Below, in pieces: positions 52,801 through 64,000 of a stretch of 64,000 bases of DNA. This DNA is from Paragordius varius (Eukaryota > Animalia > Nematomorpha). Position numbers and translations under genes: made by a program. Numbering within the stretch: position 1 is the stretch's first letter; every line of letters begins with the position of its first letter. The stretch spans positions 7,998,001 through 8,062,000 of the forward strand of contig OZ176052.1 of NCBI GenBank assembly GCA_964247055.1. The letters run 5' to 3'. A model generated the notes under the pieces. It saw only the letters and a list, made by a program, of their open reading frames with translations, did not search any database and was not told the DNA's origin.

Positions 52801-54503
52801 CTTTGTAAAAATTCTACGCAGCTTCCGCTTTGGTGCAAATTATCAAAAAATTTTCTTCTTAATATAAGGCTTTTTGGACACAATATGGTAATTTCTATAG
52901 CTAGAGTTAATATATGATTGGTTTGATAAAATTTAAAATCTTACCGCATGTTTTAATAATTCAAATTTGACGTAAAAGTACGATTTTTTAGCCAATATTC
53001 TTGAAAATCTCTCTGTGATCCTCCGTGAAAATGCAAAAATTTTGGATAAGATTTTGCTTTCATAATTATACGTATGCTATATTAAGACAATTAAAATTTA
53101 GATGACATGTTTTCATTTAATGTATTTAATTATATTTGATCTAATGTGTGATAAAAATGCGATTTTTTGATTTTGGCTAATAACAAAAAAAATTAAATAA
53201 CTTTTCTAGTATTTTAACGGCATGTATACGATTATATGATTCATTAACTATTTTTTGCCGCGCACCGTGTAGTGTAATAAGAGGACAATTAACACAATAA
53301 ACGACAAAAGATATTAATTGCTACATATTTAGTCAAAGTTAAAATAATTTTACCTCTAAAATAAATTTTTAAAGCGTAAATGGTATTTACTGACAATTAT
53401 AAAAAGGCCTTTTGATCTTGCTATTTTGGGATTGAAAATTACGCAATTTAAATTTGCAATTGCAAACAGAAAAAAAGGATCATGGACATAATAAATAATT
53501 GTAACTAATCGCAATGAAAAAAATACCACGAATAAGAAATAATATGGTTGGTAAGCCTTAAAAGCCAAGGTGAATACAAAACCTGCTATACTATCAAAAA
53601 ATTATTTCATCATTTAACTATATAGCTGATTTGATAATAAAATATTGAATAAATTAATTTATTAATATAAAAATGTATTAGTCATTTGGGGGTTTTTAAT
53701 ATATTCGTATTATTAAAAAAATGATCAATCAGGAGCGCGTGTAGTTCAAGGAAATACAAAAATGACGAAATCGATATTGACATATTCAAATCCAAAACAT
53801 ACCTAAAATATTTGGTTAGGGTTATGAGAATTTTCGGATAATGATTTTTAAAAGCTTCATTAATTCGTTTTTTCCAATCCTTTTCCACCCTTGCGTTAAT
53901 TGTAAAAGTTGTGCGAATTTTTTTATAAATATCTTCTGCATATGCAAATATTGCACTGTATTGAAACTCTTCACCGGAATGTTCAAAAAGAGGAAGCCAG
54001 ATATTCTGATTTAAACTTAAAACTTTATTTGGTGATAATAGCCGCATTTTGCTAATAATCTGAATGTCTTGATCGGAAAATCTTTTATTATTAAGATAAA
54101 TAACTTTCTTGGTGCAAAACTATCAATAAAATTATTATTGGTTTGGATTAATAGATTTCCGTATGAAAATTCCTATATTTCACAGGAATTCCTTTACGTT
54201 TTCATATAAATCTCCAATTTTATATTTTAAAAGATATAAGTCGTCGCTGAATGCTTCTTTGCAAATAACATGCCTTCGAGTTTGAGCCTTTTCTATCAAT
54301 TTAGCAATTTTTTCATTTTTCTCCTGTACTTTAAATTCTGTGGTTCTAGATATTATAATAAAATACTTTTTATCAGATGGAGCATCAGTTTCATCAGCAG
54401 CATCATCACTTATCGAACCAGATATGCTCCTTAAAAGGCTTAACGCGGACATATGATGCATTATTATATCCGATCTTGTCAAATATTCACGAGTATTTTC
54501 CAT
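49814..54503 (-). CDS. CABLES: CABLES-like (Cdk5 and Abl enzyme substrate) cyclin-fold protein; terminal exon not located
   Basis: N-terminal SALSLLRSIS, RINEAFKNHYPKILITLTKYF|SIKDEMKKVIISE|CSLDPIILANAYYYFDKIV...NRKICSSLCVIFAAKL...|ELENTFRLDKQEIIIYEFPCLLALKFNL. Contains a 26-nt intron (51542-51567). Confidence 0.85.
50033..51231. mobile_element. Fold-back Chapaev3-type MITE A (1199 bp) in a CABLES intron
   Basis: Ends CAAGGTGC... and ...GCCGCACAGTG; 3-bp TSD GTA/GTA; diverged ~550-bp inverted arms around a centre near 50620. Confidence 0.78.
52071..53269. mobile_element. Fold-back Chapaev3-type MITE B (1199 bp), inverted relative to MITE A
   Basis: Ends CACTGTGCGACAAAAATGGG...GCGCACCGTG; flanks TAA/TAG. 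Long near-identical reverse-complement blocks are shared with A (e.g. GATAATTTGCACCAAAGCGGAAGCTGCGTAGAA). Confidence 0.78.
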
Positions 54504-54839
54504 TTTAACAGATAAATTACTTTCGTTGATCGGTCATATTTCCAATTGTAATCAATAAGGGCTAATCACTCGTTTTAATACAGATTTTAATTCTTTTATA
54601 TTTGCAACCTTATTTCCATTGCTGCTTCTAGCTACCACTATATATCCATGCCACTATCAACTTTTATTTAATATTTTATTCATGGATGGAAAGTTGATTT
54701 TTAGGTGGTTAGAATTTTATTATTTAATTTGATTGACAAGGTCTAGTAAATTTTAGGTAAACCCGTCGAAAACTCTACTCTGACTCACTATGTTTTTGGT
54801 TTTACTATAAATTTTGAATCGAAAAGTATTGGCGGTATT

Positions 54840-55035
54840 ATAAATGTCGCTTCAGAATAAATGCTTCATTTAAAAACGCAACAGGACTATTTTTTGCAGC
54901 GTGTTATTATCATTTATAACGCGTGTCCTCATAATTTGGCACAAGAAGTTTGGTTTACTACTGTTAATCAAAATCTTAACACAGTTTCGTTTCAAAAATA
55001 TTTTGAGTTTAACTTCAAACACCAGATCCATCTCT
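54840..55035 (+). mobile_element. 3'-end fragment of a CR1/L2-type LINE
   Basis: DYFLQRVIIIYNACP resembles the CR1/L2 C-terminal FFSQRVIN.WN.LP motif. Confidence 0.4.
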
Positions 55036-55079
55036 AAAACATATTTCTGCATCGATGTATAGAGCTGTTGTCAAGGGGT

Positions 55080-55240
55080 CCCTTGGCATCCCGTCGGGGC
55101 GGCGTTTGGATGTTTGATCATTGCAATGAAAAATTTTTTGTATAACCAGTCCCCGACTTTTATGTTTTTGGCCTGTAGGTCTTGGGTAATGTTTTTGTCC
55201 CATGTTATTGCTGGACGTCCAACTCTGTTTTGTTTGTGAT
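55080..55240 (-). mobile_element. 3'-end fragment of an RTE-type LINE
   Basis: NRVGRPAITWDKNITQDL resembles the R.RGRP...W.D.I..DL C-terminal motif of RTE ORF2. Confidence 0.5.
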
Positions 55241-56884
55241 GTATAAATATTTTTTAATTATTATTGAATTAATGTTACTAGGGATGATATTTTTACTACT
55301 TAAAAAACCGGTTATGATCTGGTAATTGACCATTTTTTAGTTAGGGTAAACATTTCGATCAAAATTGACATTTTTATTAATTCTAGAAGCGTGTAAAATG
55401 TATTTTCAGACATTTCGGGTCTTAAAATTTTTACAAAATCAAGGAAGTGGTAGTTAATAAGGCTTGACGAAATATAACACCAATCATATTGAATAATAAT
55501 TTTTAATTAAAATATATATATAATTTAAATATCCCAATAATGTGGGGTAAACTAATTATCTAACATAAATTTTTACAAAAATATAAATCCATATAATGAT
55601 AAAATATATATAATGGGTCAGAATATAGTCGAGCAAATTATTGAAGTTAGCCCGTCAGTTGCTTGTATGTAGAGGTGTTATTTACACCTCCAAAAATCTT
55701 TTCTTTACAACAATTATCAGCAAAAGGTAGGAACCATTTGAATTGAATAATAGTTTTTTACGAAGGCGTGCATAGTCGGGCCATTGAATTAGTCGCTGTA
55801 CTTAGCCGCTTCCGCTGTAAAATAATACTTTTTACAATAAAACCAAGTCCCCATAGGCAATATTTCACCCAATTATTTGAGTATCAAAAATCAATAATAG
55901 TTTTAGGCTTTCCCTGTACAAAGAGACAAAAAAATATTAGGTTCTTTTTATATTAGCCAATGGATAGGGCTACCCATTATGTATAGGTATTCGCTACCAT
56001 ATAAAAATAACGTGGCTTTGAAGCAACTTTTTGGCAAACATCAATTATAGTTTTAAGTATTTCTTTTATAAATTAATCCCGGAGCCATTTCTACTAATTT
56101 GCTTTGGCGTTTTTCGTTTGTTTTCATTAAGATATATATGCTGTAAGATACTATATATAAACCAGTACCAAAAAAGAAATAACTCAAAAAATATTAGTGA
56201 TATTGGGCAAGTCTTGAAACGATCCCTTCAGTGGTCGTAAACATAATAGTTTTTAGTTTTCATCTTTTTTAAAAAACAACAGTTTTTGTTTTAGATTAGA
56301 GCCCCATGCTAAAGAGGTCTCCAAAAATATTGTCTGTTCAATTTTTACAAAATGAATTTTATTTTTTCAGAAATATATTGTCCACACTTATGACGGTGTC
56401 TATAAGTCACAGCGTTGCGTGACAGGGCACAGTTGCCATTTAATTTCTTATTAAAAAGGCCAATAAATAATATATTCGTGAAGATAATCACAAATATTTT
56501 GCTTTGCAATCAGTTGTTTTCCCAAAAAATTATTTTTTCCTAATCATTGACCGGGTCGTCACAACTAAATATCTGAAACGCTTTAATCGATAAACTTTAA
56601 AATAATTTATGCTTGTAATATGAAGATGTACGTGAATATAAAATTATAATATTTTTAAATTTATAAAAATTTTGGGTGTAAATATGAGGTTTGTCAATAT
56701 TTCGTAAGTCAGGCCTTCATTCATATTCTTACTATATATAATGTTAAATTTTAATTAATTCCAAAAAATTAAATAAATTTCACATTATAAATGGCACAAA
56801 CTGGAACCATTTTTTACAGATATTAATCACACAATTTAATTTTATATTTAAATCTTTGCCTTCTTTTTAGGAGGTTTATATAAA

Positions 56885-56986
56885 ATAAAAAATTACGGTT
56901 ATCGGAAAAAATTTGGAATATTATCCAAAAAGGTATAAAAAATTACGGTTATCGGAAAAAATTTGGAATATTATCCAAAAAGGTAT
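56885..56986. repeat. Exact 50-bp tandem duplication
   Basis: TAAAAAATTACGGTTATCGGAAAAAATTTGGAATATTATCCAAAAAGGTA occurs twice (period 50: 56891 and 56941). Confidence 0.9.
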
Positions 56987-57205
56987 ATTTGTTTGTTTGT
57001 TAAATTAAATGTGGATTAATTAAAATAAATTAATTAAATTAGCGGATATTAAAATATTTTCTGCTATTGTCGATAATATTTTTATTGTATAAATAAAGAC
57101 GTTTTTGTTAATTAAAAAACATTAATTATAATTAAATCGATCACCATTATGATTCCCGTTTTTTGGCGTGCGTACATAAAATATGTGTAAAATATTTAAA
57201 TAAAC

Positions 57206-57207
<2 letters not shown>

Positions 57208-57295
<88 letters not shown>

Positions 57296-57315
57296 TGTGT
57301 CAATAAAACATGGTT

Positions 57316-57348
<33 letters not shown>
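57208..57348. repeat. (AT)n microsatellites
   Basis: An ~80-bp and an ~30-bp pure AT run; similar runs occur at ~15107-15176, ~58001-58030 and ~59500-59526. Confidence 0.95.
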
Positions 57349-57352
<4 letters not shown>

Positions 57353-57997
57353 GGTGGATTTTGTCCCATTAATTAATTGTTAATGGAATATAAAAAAATA
57401 TAATTGAAAATATTAATTTAAGTTACCCTGAAAAATGTTCTAACGCAGTTAAGAGACATATTATTGGTTGCAAAATATATTAATTGGTGAACATAACATA
57501 TTTAAATGTATGTGGCACAAGAAAAGACAACAAAAATTTTTATTCATTAAAAACACCCTCATAACCAATAATATTTCTGTTTACAACATTAAAATTTCTC
57601 CACCCTTAAATTGACATACTCGTAAACTTGTATAATATTATTTGATTTTTGCGACTTGTAATATATTTTAAATATGTTAAAAAATAAACTTTAACAAGAA
57701 TAATGTAATTATACGGAGACTTAATTACTAATTTGTATTCAAAGCATTATTCCTTGTAAAATAATAATCATATAATTTGTAAAAACAAAAATAATATTAT
57801 AATAATGATTAAATTAACAAATATTTTAACCTTTCTTAACATATTCCATAACACAGAGTTATTTATAACATCAAAATGTCCTAAATAATTTTTTGTCGTT
57901 GATTTTTTTATATAAAATTAACCAAGTACCTCAATATTGGCTCATTTTAACTAGGCTCGTAAAAGAGACTTTAGAGAAAAAGATCAAAGCCATTTAA

Positions 57998-58034
<37 letters not shown>

Positions 58035-58178
58035 AATCTAATTCTTATCTATAATCTGATTAGGTAGGGACTTTAACTAAAAACAAGGGGAATTAAATGC
58101 CATTTTATTTTTCTATTTTCACTTTCTTTTTAATTTAACCTTCAATATAAATCGTTTCGAAATACTCTTGAATCCATG

Positions 58179-58712
58179 CACTTCGATTCAAATAGGGGAT
58201 ATTTAAATTGATATTTATAAAAACTACTGAAAGAAATGGCCCTTATTTAAATTTATGCATTTATCCTAATAAAAAATATATAAATAAGCCAAAATATATA
58301 AATAATATTTAGTTTTGAAAAAAAGTTTCATATCATACTACTTCGCCGCCATTTTTATTATACAACATCTTTGCAAAATATCCTGTTTATTTAATTTTAA
58401 AGCTATAAATCAAGCTAATTTTTTATTTAAATCACATCTAACATTAATATAAACAGAAAAAGTGGTTTATTTTGCATTATATTTTCATTTAGCTAATGGA
58501 CACATGTCATGATGACTAAATTTTAATCTTTGGGTTTTATCTTAAAATAAGTAGTACCAAGTATTTTTGAATAAATTTTTCTTAATATTTCGGTTTATTA
58601 ATGTTTTATAAGTACAAACTTTAGCCATGGTTCCAATTCCTCCTGTATTTTTTAAAGTATTTAGTCTATACAGGCATGGGGCATCTAACTACCCTAATTT
58701 GGATCGAAGGAC
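58179..58712 (+). mobile_element. ~530-bp MITE, copy 3
   Basis: CACTTCGATTCAAATAGGGG...CTAATTTGGATCGAAGGAC; same family as the copies at 42959 and 45328. Confidence 0.78.
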
Positions 58713-59494
58713 CGAAATGAATGTGTTATATCCAAGAGTTAGCGGTAATTTTGTGTAATAAATTAAAAATCTAAAATTTATGTTGTGTTTGTAAGTAGAT
58801 AGGTAAATATAAATCTGATTTATAGAAAACACAGGGATTTTTTTTACTAGAAATAAGTTATAACATTAAGATTTTTGATTAGGAAAATGATAAAATTTTA
58901 CGCTCAGTTACCAATTATATATATGTATTTTATAACATTTGTTAAGAAAATAATAGTTAAGTAAATATAAAAAAATAAAATCCCCATAAAATTATTATAT
59001 TTATTTTTTTTATTTCTTTGTAGTTGGTTAGAAATTATATATATGTAAATGCACCATTATTAAAAATACCCTTTCAGATATCATTTATATCTATAGTACA
59101 TTTATTTATAATATTATTGATAGGAAATGAAAAATAATTTTCCATAATTCCACAAATTCATTATGTAATAAAAGAGTTTTTCATTATTCATTTTTATAAA
59201 TTAAAATATTTTTAAATCATTTTTTTTTAAAAAAATTAATCCATCAAAAGTAGTTACCATACCAGTTTTACGACAAAAATATCCGTCCATCCATTTTAAT
59301 TAATATCTTAACCATAGTCACATTTTCAAAAATTTTGAAATAATACTCTTCTCTCTATACAATCCGAAAATCAAAACCCTAACCTTTATTTGTGTTCGCA
59401 AAGATAAATACAGTTATAACTATAAATAATGTAATATATTCATTTTTATGTTTATCAAATAATAAAAATATTAAATAAATCGAATATTTGCATA

Positions 59495-59534
<40 letters not shown>

Positions 59535-59878
59535 AAACTTAATAGCTTAATACCAAAATAGAAAATGTATTATAATACGAATATATTATTTTTTATCCTC
59601 ATGCATAATCATTTATAGAGCACGTATTAAATAATTTTTGCCGCCGTTCAATTTTTATAACTATTTAGTTTTGAACTTATATCCTTTTTTAGAATTCAGC
59701 GACCAGATTTTCTTTGTCAAACACATATTCCGGCGCGGATTATAGAGATTTGAGAAGCTTATAATTGTATTTGAATATAAATTAATCATTTATTTTTTTG
59801 CTTACAATAATTTATGTCTATATAACTATCTCTCTATCTGACTTTTAAAAAAATTTCCATTCGGCTTTATATGCTAAT

Positions 59879-60745
59879 ATGATGACCAATTTTTCCATTG
59901 CTAGAAAAGATAATAGTTTTAACAATAATAGGTTTGAGAATACCACCTTATCGCAGTTGATTCCATCTTCGTCTTTATCTTGGTGGAACACAAGCTTTAA
60001 AAAAATATTTTACGATTTTCCAAATTTAACATTGTCAAAAAATAGTTTAATACATTCTACTACCAGCAATATAACTTCAGACTTAAATGATAAGGTTGAT
60101 AATAGCTTAGAAACCGGACATGTTAATGTCTCATCTTCCACGTTAGATAAAACAAATGCTCGTATTGGACACCATTTATATTACTTCCTAAACAATTTTG
60201 AAGAACTTAAACATAACATTAATAGGAGTCTTACTTCTTTGACCAAAAAAGAATTTGAACACAACACTAATGATAAGAAATTAGAATTAGAAAACAATGT
60301 AAACACCACAAATGAAAACAAATACATCCTTCTTAATAAGTTATTGGATAGCTTGAAATTCCTGAATGATAGGAGAGAAAATATCAGTGAATATATAAAT
60401 CAAAATAGTTATAATATGGATTATTATCAAAAAAATGACACTATGATTTCAACATATCAAACACCAACAAATATCAATTTTTCAATGGTATCAACACCCA
60501 ACCCTACTTTTTCCAGGCCATTTGAGAACGGGGATATAGGTGCGAATGAAGAGCAGGATTTAATTTTAGCCTATTTGAAAAATCAAAATCTAACTGAGAC
60601 AGAAATAACGTACCTTTCCAATTACAATATATTTGGGATCCAGTGTATTCTAAATTTTTGGAAATCGGAGTATCCTAAAACAGGTATTCTTTTAGCTTTA
60701 TTAACAATATTATTAATGTTTTACCTTAACAACAATATAGTATGA
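59879..60745 (+). CDS. Orphan Asn/Thr/Ser-rich ORF (288 aa), unknown function
   Basis: An 867-bp stop-free frame in very AT-rich DNA is unlikely by chance. It may splice at ACAG|GT (~60685) to a short last exon (AWLKFIK*). No family recognised. Confidence 0.5.
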   Translation: MMTNFSIARKDNSFNNNRFENTTLSQLIPSSSLSWWNTSFKKIFYDFPNLTLSKNSLIHSTTSNITSDLNDKVDNSLETGHVNVSSSTLDKTNARIGHHLYYFLNNFEELKHNINRSLTSLTKKEFEHNTNDKKLELENNVNTTNENKYILLNKLLDSLKFLNDRRENISEYINQNSYNMDYYQKNDTMISTYQTPTNINFSMVSTPNPTFSRPFENGDIGANEEQDLILAYLKNQNLTETEITYLSNYNIFGIQCILNFWKSEYPKTGILLALLTILLMFYLNNNIV

Positions 60746-63700
60746 CTTCTTTTTGGTGTTTTTTAATTTATTAAATCCTATTTTAATTTTATTATTATAG
60801 CCTGGTTAAAATTTATCAAATAAATATCTTGACATATTTTAATCTTTCTTACGTTAAGTTATAAAAAATTAAACATTTTGACCGCATTCATCAGTACTAC
60901 TTTTCAAAATGAATTGGCAAAACTTTTCACATTGTGATTTTCTTAGTTTCTAAAAAAACTATTCGTTTAAGAAATAATTTTTGTTTTAAAAAAGGGTTTA
61001 TCATCCTTTTTAGGAAATGATGATATAATGTTTAGACATTTTATGATATTATACATTAATTAGTATGTTGATCAAAATAATGATTAAAAATTCATAAGTC
61101 ATATATGATCAATCATTACATTAAAATTTGTACTGTTGACCGTCAAACTTAACTGGTATAAATGAACGATGATTATGTTAAAAAGTTTTTTTTGAATTTT
61201 ATTAAGCATATATGGATAAAAAGATTTTAAAATTATAAGAAACAAAGACATGATAAATTCTAATTTTCTTTTATAGAGTAAATGCTTAAATTATATCTCG
61301 CCATGCAATGTTGTAAGCACTTAATTAGATTTTTTTATATTTAACTATGTAATACCGCTCACAGATTTAAATATGAGTAATAAAAATTGGTGTCATATAA
61401 TCTGATTAGAATCTTAAAGCAAATCACGTTTATTAATTACTTTCATAATCTGATAAGTTTTTTTAAAATTGTTTTAAGCCATTGTCGATTGATGTCCGTT
61501 CAAGCTTCTGAAGTGGATAAATTTATAAAAAAAGCGCTCGCAGGGCATACTTTTTTCCTAACCTTGGCAAAGCGTTAGTTTTTCTAACATATCATTTAAA
61601 TGACATTTTAATATCGGGGATTTTTCCTCTTGATTGCCATAATATAGAATTACGCATTTTTACGCTTTCACGATTAATTTAGAGTTTTTTTCTATTTTAG
61701 GGTTTATATTTAAGGTTTTCTACATTTGGTGTTGACACACTAAAATCGATTATTATTTAAATTGTCCTAAACGTATTAAATAACATATACTAACAAGGTA
61801 GAAAATATTTTATACTTTCTCCAGAATCTAATCTATTTGCCCTTATAAAATTGATGGCTGGACATAAAAAATATTTAGCCTTATATTATTATCATTTTAT
61901 TATTATATAATTGAAAAAGAATCAGTTTGGTCTAATTAATTTACTGATTTTTTCATTCAATACGCGTTATTATATAATTTTTCTATAAATTAAAACTCGT
62001 CTCCAAAAATTTAAACCATTACATAAATTATTTCTGAAACAGCAATTTACAATGCGGTCTGTAACAAATTCAATGAATAGCAGATACCTCTGCTAATTAA
62101 ATTAATTTAGCTAGTTTTAACCATTTTATTAAAAATGATTTTTATTACATAACGTTATTTTAGTGAAACCTTAAAACTTTAGTGAGACAACGAGTTTAGC
62201 TCAATTTTTAATACCTGGTTAAAGCATCGGATACAAGATGCTGCATTTTTAACTTTAAAGGTTAAAGGATTATCATTTTATAAAAATTATTCTATTTGCA
62301 ATTTTTTTTAAATACATCAATTTTATTTAATAACTTCAAATCAGATATTTTGTTATTTATTAATAGTCCGATTAAGTTAAAAACATATGGTACTGGCACA
62401 TCTCAGAATTAATATTTTTTTTTATTTAGGTAATATTGAGTTAAAAACAAAAAATCCATATTATCCAACATTTATTTTATATGAGCATAATTACGCGCAA
62501 GCAATCCTAGATATGGTTATAAACTAAGTGATTTATTAATTAAATAATAGTTTGAGTTAAGGCAGAAAACATACACATCCTTGGTTAATTTTAAAAATTT
62601 ACATAAACTGAAGAAAGTGGTATCATAATAACTAAATGATTGCTCCTGTTTATAAATCTAAGCCAGGTGTGTTTAACACAAATGCCTGTTCGGGCCGCAT
62701 TCGAAAATATATATGGGCATTGATAAATATTATTAAATTTCAAATATACTGCATAAAGAAAACGCAATATAGTAATGGCTTAAGGCCTTCATTTAAAATC
62801 AAAAGGGGATGGAATTTTTGGTATACCGATTGCTGTTTAAATATATTAGATGGAAGTTTGGAACTTGAATGTGGGTTTTCATGACCCCATATGCTTAATT
62901 GAACGTGCATATATATTTTAATCTACCATCGATAGGCCCAACTGCATTCATACTCTCATTAATTTTTCGACAAACATAATGTTTGGGTATTTGGGTATTC
63001 TCGTTTTATAATTATAATAAAAAATTATATATGAATATTATAAAATTCTTGATACCGACGATTCATTTAGCCGTATAATTGTGAATCAAATACAACCCTG
63101 TCAATATTTTATAGCCACTTTAGTCGCAAGTGCTTCGATAAAAAAGAATACACACTTCATCTTTTCCTTTTTTTGCGATGATTACATTTTGGGGGTAGTT
63201 TTAATTAGAGCTAAAATTTATTTGGTCTGAATTATACACATTGTTCTCCTCTATTATAAAAGCTTATACTTTTGCAGTTTTTAATATCTTAGCTCCAAAA
63301 CACGATTACAAACAGTGGGTGATTTAAAAATATAACGTATATAATATATTCTAACAGATAAATATAATTCTGAAAGTGCTTTTGGCCTAGGCATCACCTA
63401 AAAAATATTTCCAGCTATTACTCCCTATAGAAAATTGTCAGCCCACATGTCTTAATAATTTTCTATGTAAAATCTAAAGCCTCATATTATATCCTAAACT
63501 AAAAATAATATTTTTTTAAATTATAATTTTTAGCTGTGGGGTCTGAAAGCCTAAAACCTCTAAAATGGGCTAGTATGCTAAAATAAACGCACAATCACGA
63601 GATTGCAGGATAAAAACTTTTATTATAAGCTGGATTATGATAAAGTTAGTGAAATAATGCCATTCTTCGCTTATGAATTCAGATTTTGGAAAATTTTGTG

Positions 63701-64000
63701 TTATAGCGATGATTATTTTAAAACTGGAAACGGTTTTTTCAATTTGATGATCCTGATCGTTTTTATCAGCTCAGACTTTTGAAAAGAGTTGTTTAACTTT
63801 GATTTTGGTTACTTTAACTTTTCTATTTCCCAAAAATTTTACCGAACTTCGAAAACTAACATATCCTGTGATCCAAATATATGAATATAAATCTTCAAAA
63901 TCATCCAATTATACACAAAATGTCTTTGTACAATATCCTCAGACAAAACTTTACTAAAAATAAATTTTTTAGTTAAATGTGCATCTTTTAATTTTTTTGA

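Noticed and set aside
62600-63000. NAVGPIDG as a Harbinger transposase motif, and a nearby minus-strand CC...CN (~62020) as a Ly6 motif
   Set aside because: The surrounding residues do not fit either family; single short motifs are insufficient.
1-64000. Non-standard genetic code or stop read-through to explain in-frame stops in conserved genes
   Set aside because: Every interruption examined is resolved by a GT-AG intron, often with a frame change, and genes end in ordinary TAA/TGA.
1-64000. tRNA, rRNA or snRNA genes, and a species assignment
   Set aside because: No structured RNA gene was recognised by eye, and nothing in the window identifies the organism.

Overview
AT-rich, intron-containing eukaryotic (metazoan-type) DNA; the lineage cannot be fixed from this window. 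Host genes in order: a 5'-truncated animal heme peroxidase (+), CLP1 (-) head-to-head with a SETD3-like methyltransferase (+), glucosidase II alpha GANAB (-, 18.4 kb), an orphan secreted Q/N/P-rich gene (+), ARL2 (-), a CABLES-like cyclin-fold gene (-) and an N-rich orphan ORF (+). Two things stand out. (1) At least 13 GT-AG micro-introns of 21-35 nt must be spliced to restore conserved reading frames, including all four ARL2 introns (21, 22, 22, 27 nt) and one inside a transposase. (2) Two consecutive GANAB introns are each ~91% filled by a giant palindromic DNA transposon, a 4.3-kb Chapaev3-type and a 5.4-kb hAT element. In both, the 5' end has been replaced by an inverted copy of the 3' half, so the pre-mRNA should form ~2-kb hairpins, like Mu killer/Ac killer loci. 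Several ~1.2-kb fold-back MITEs occupy other large introns. Exon boundaries, intron lengths and TSDs were read by eye; identities are estimates, and all functional interpretations are inference.
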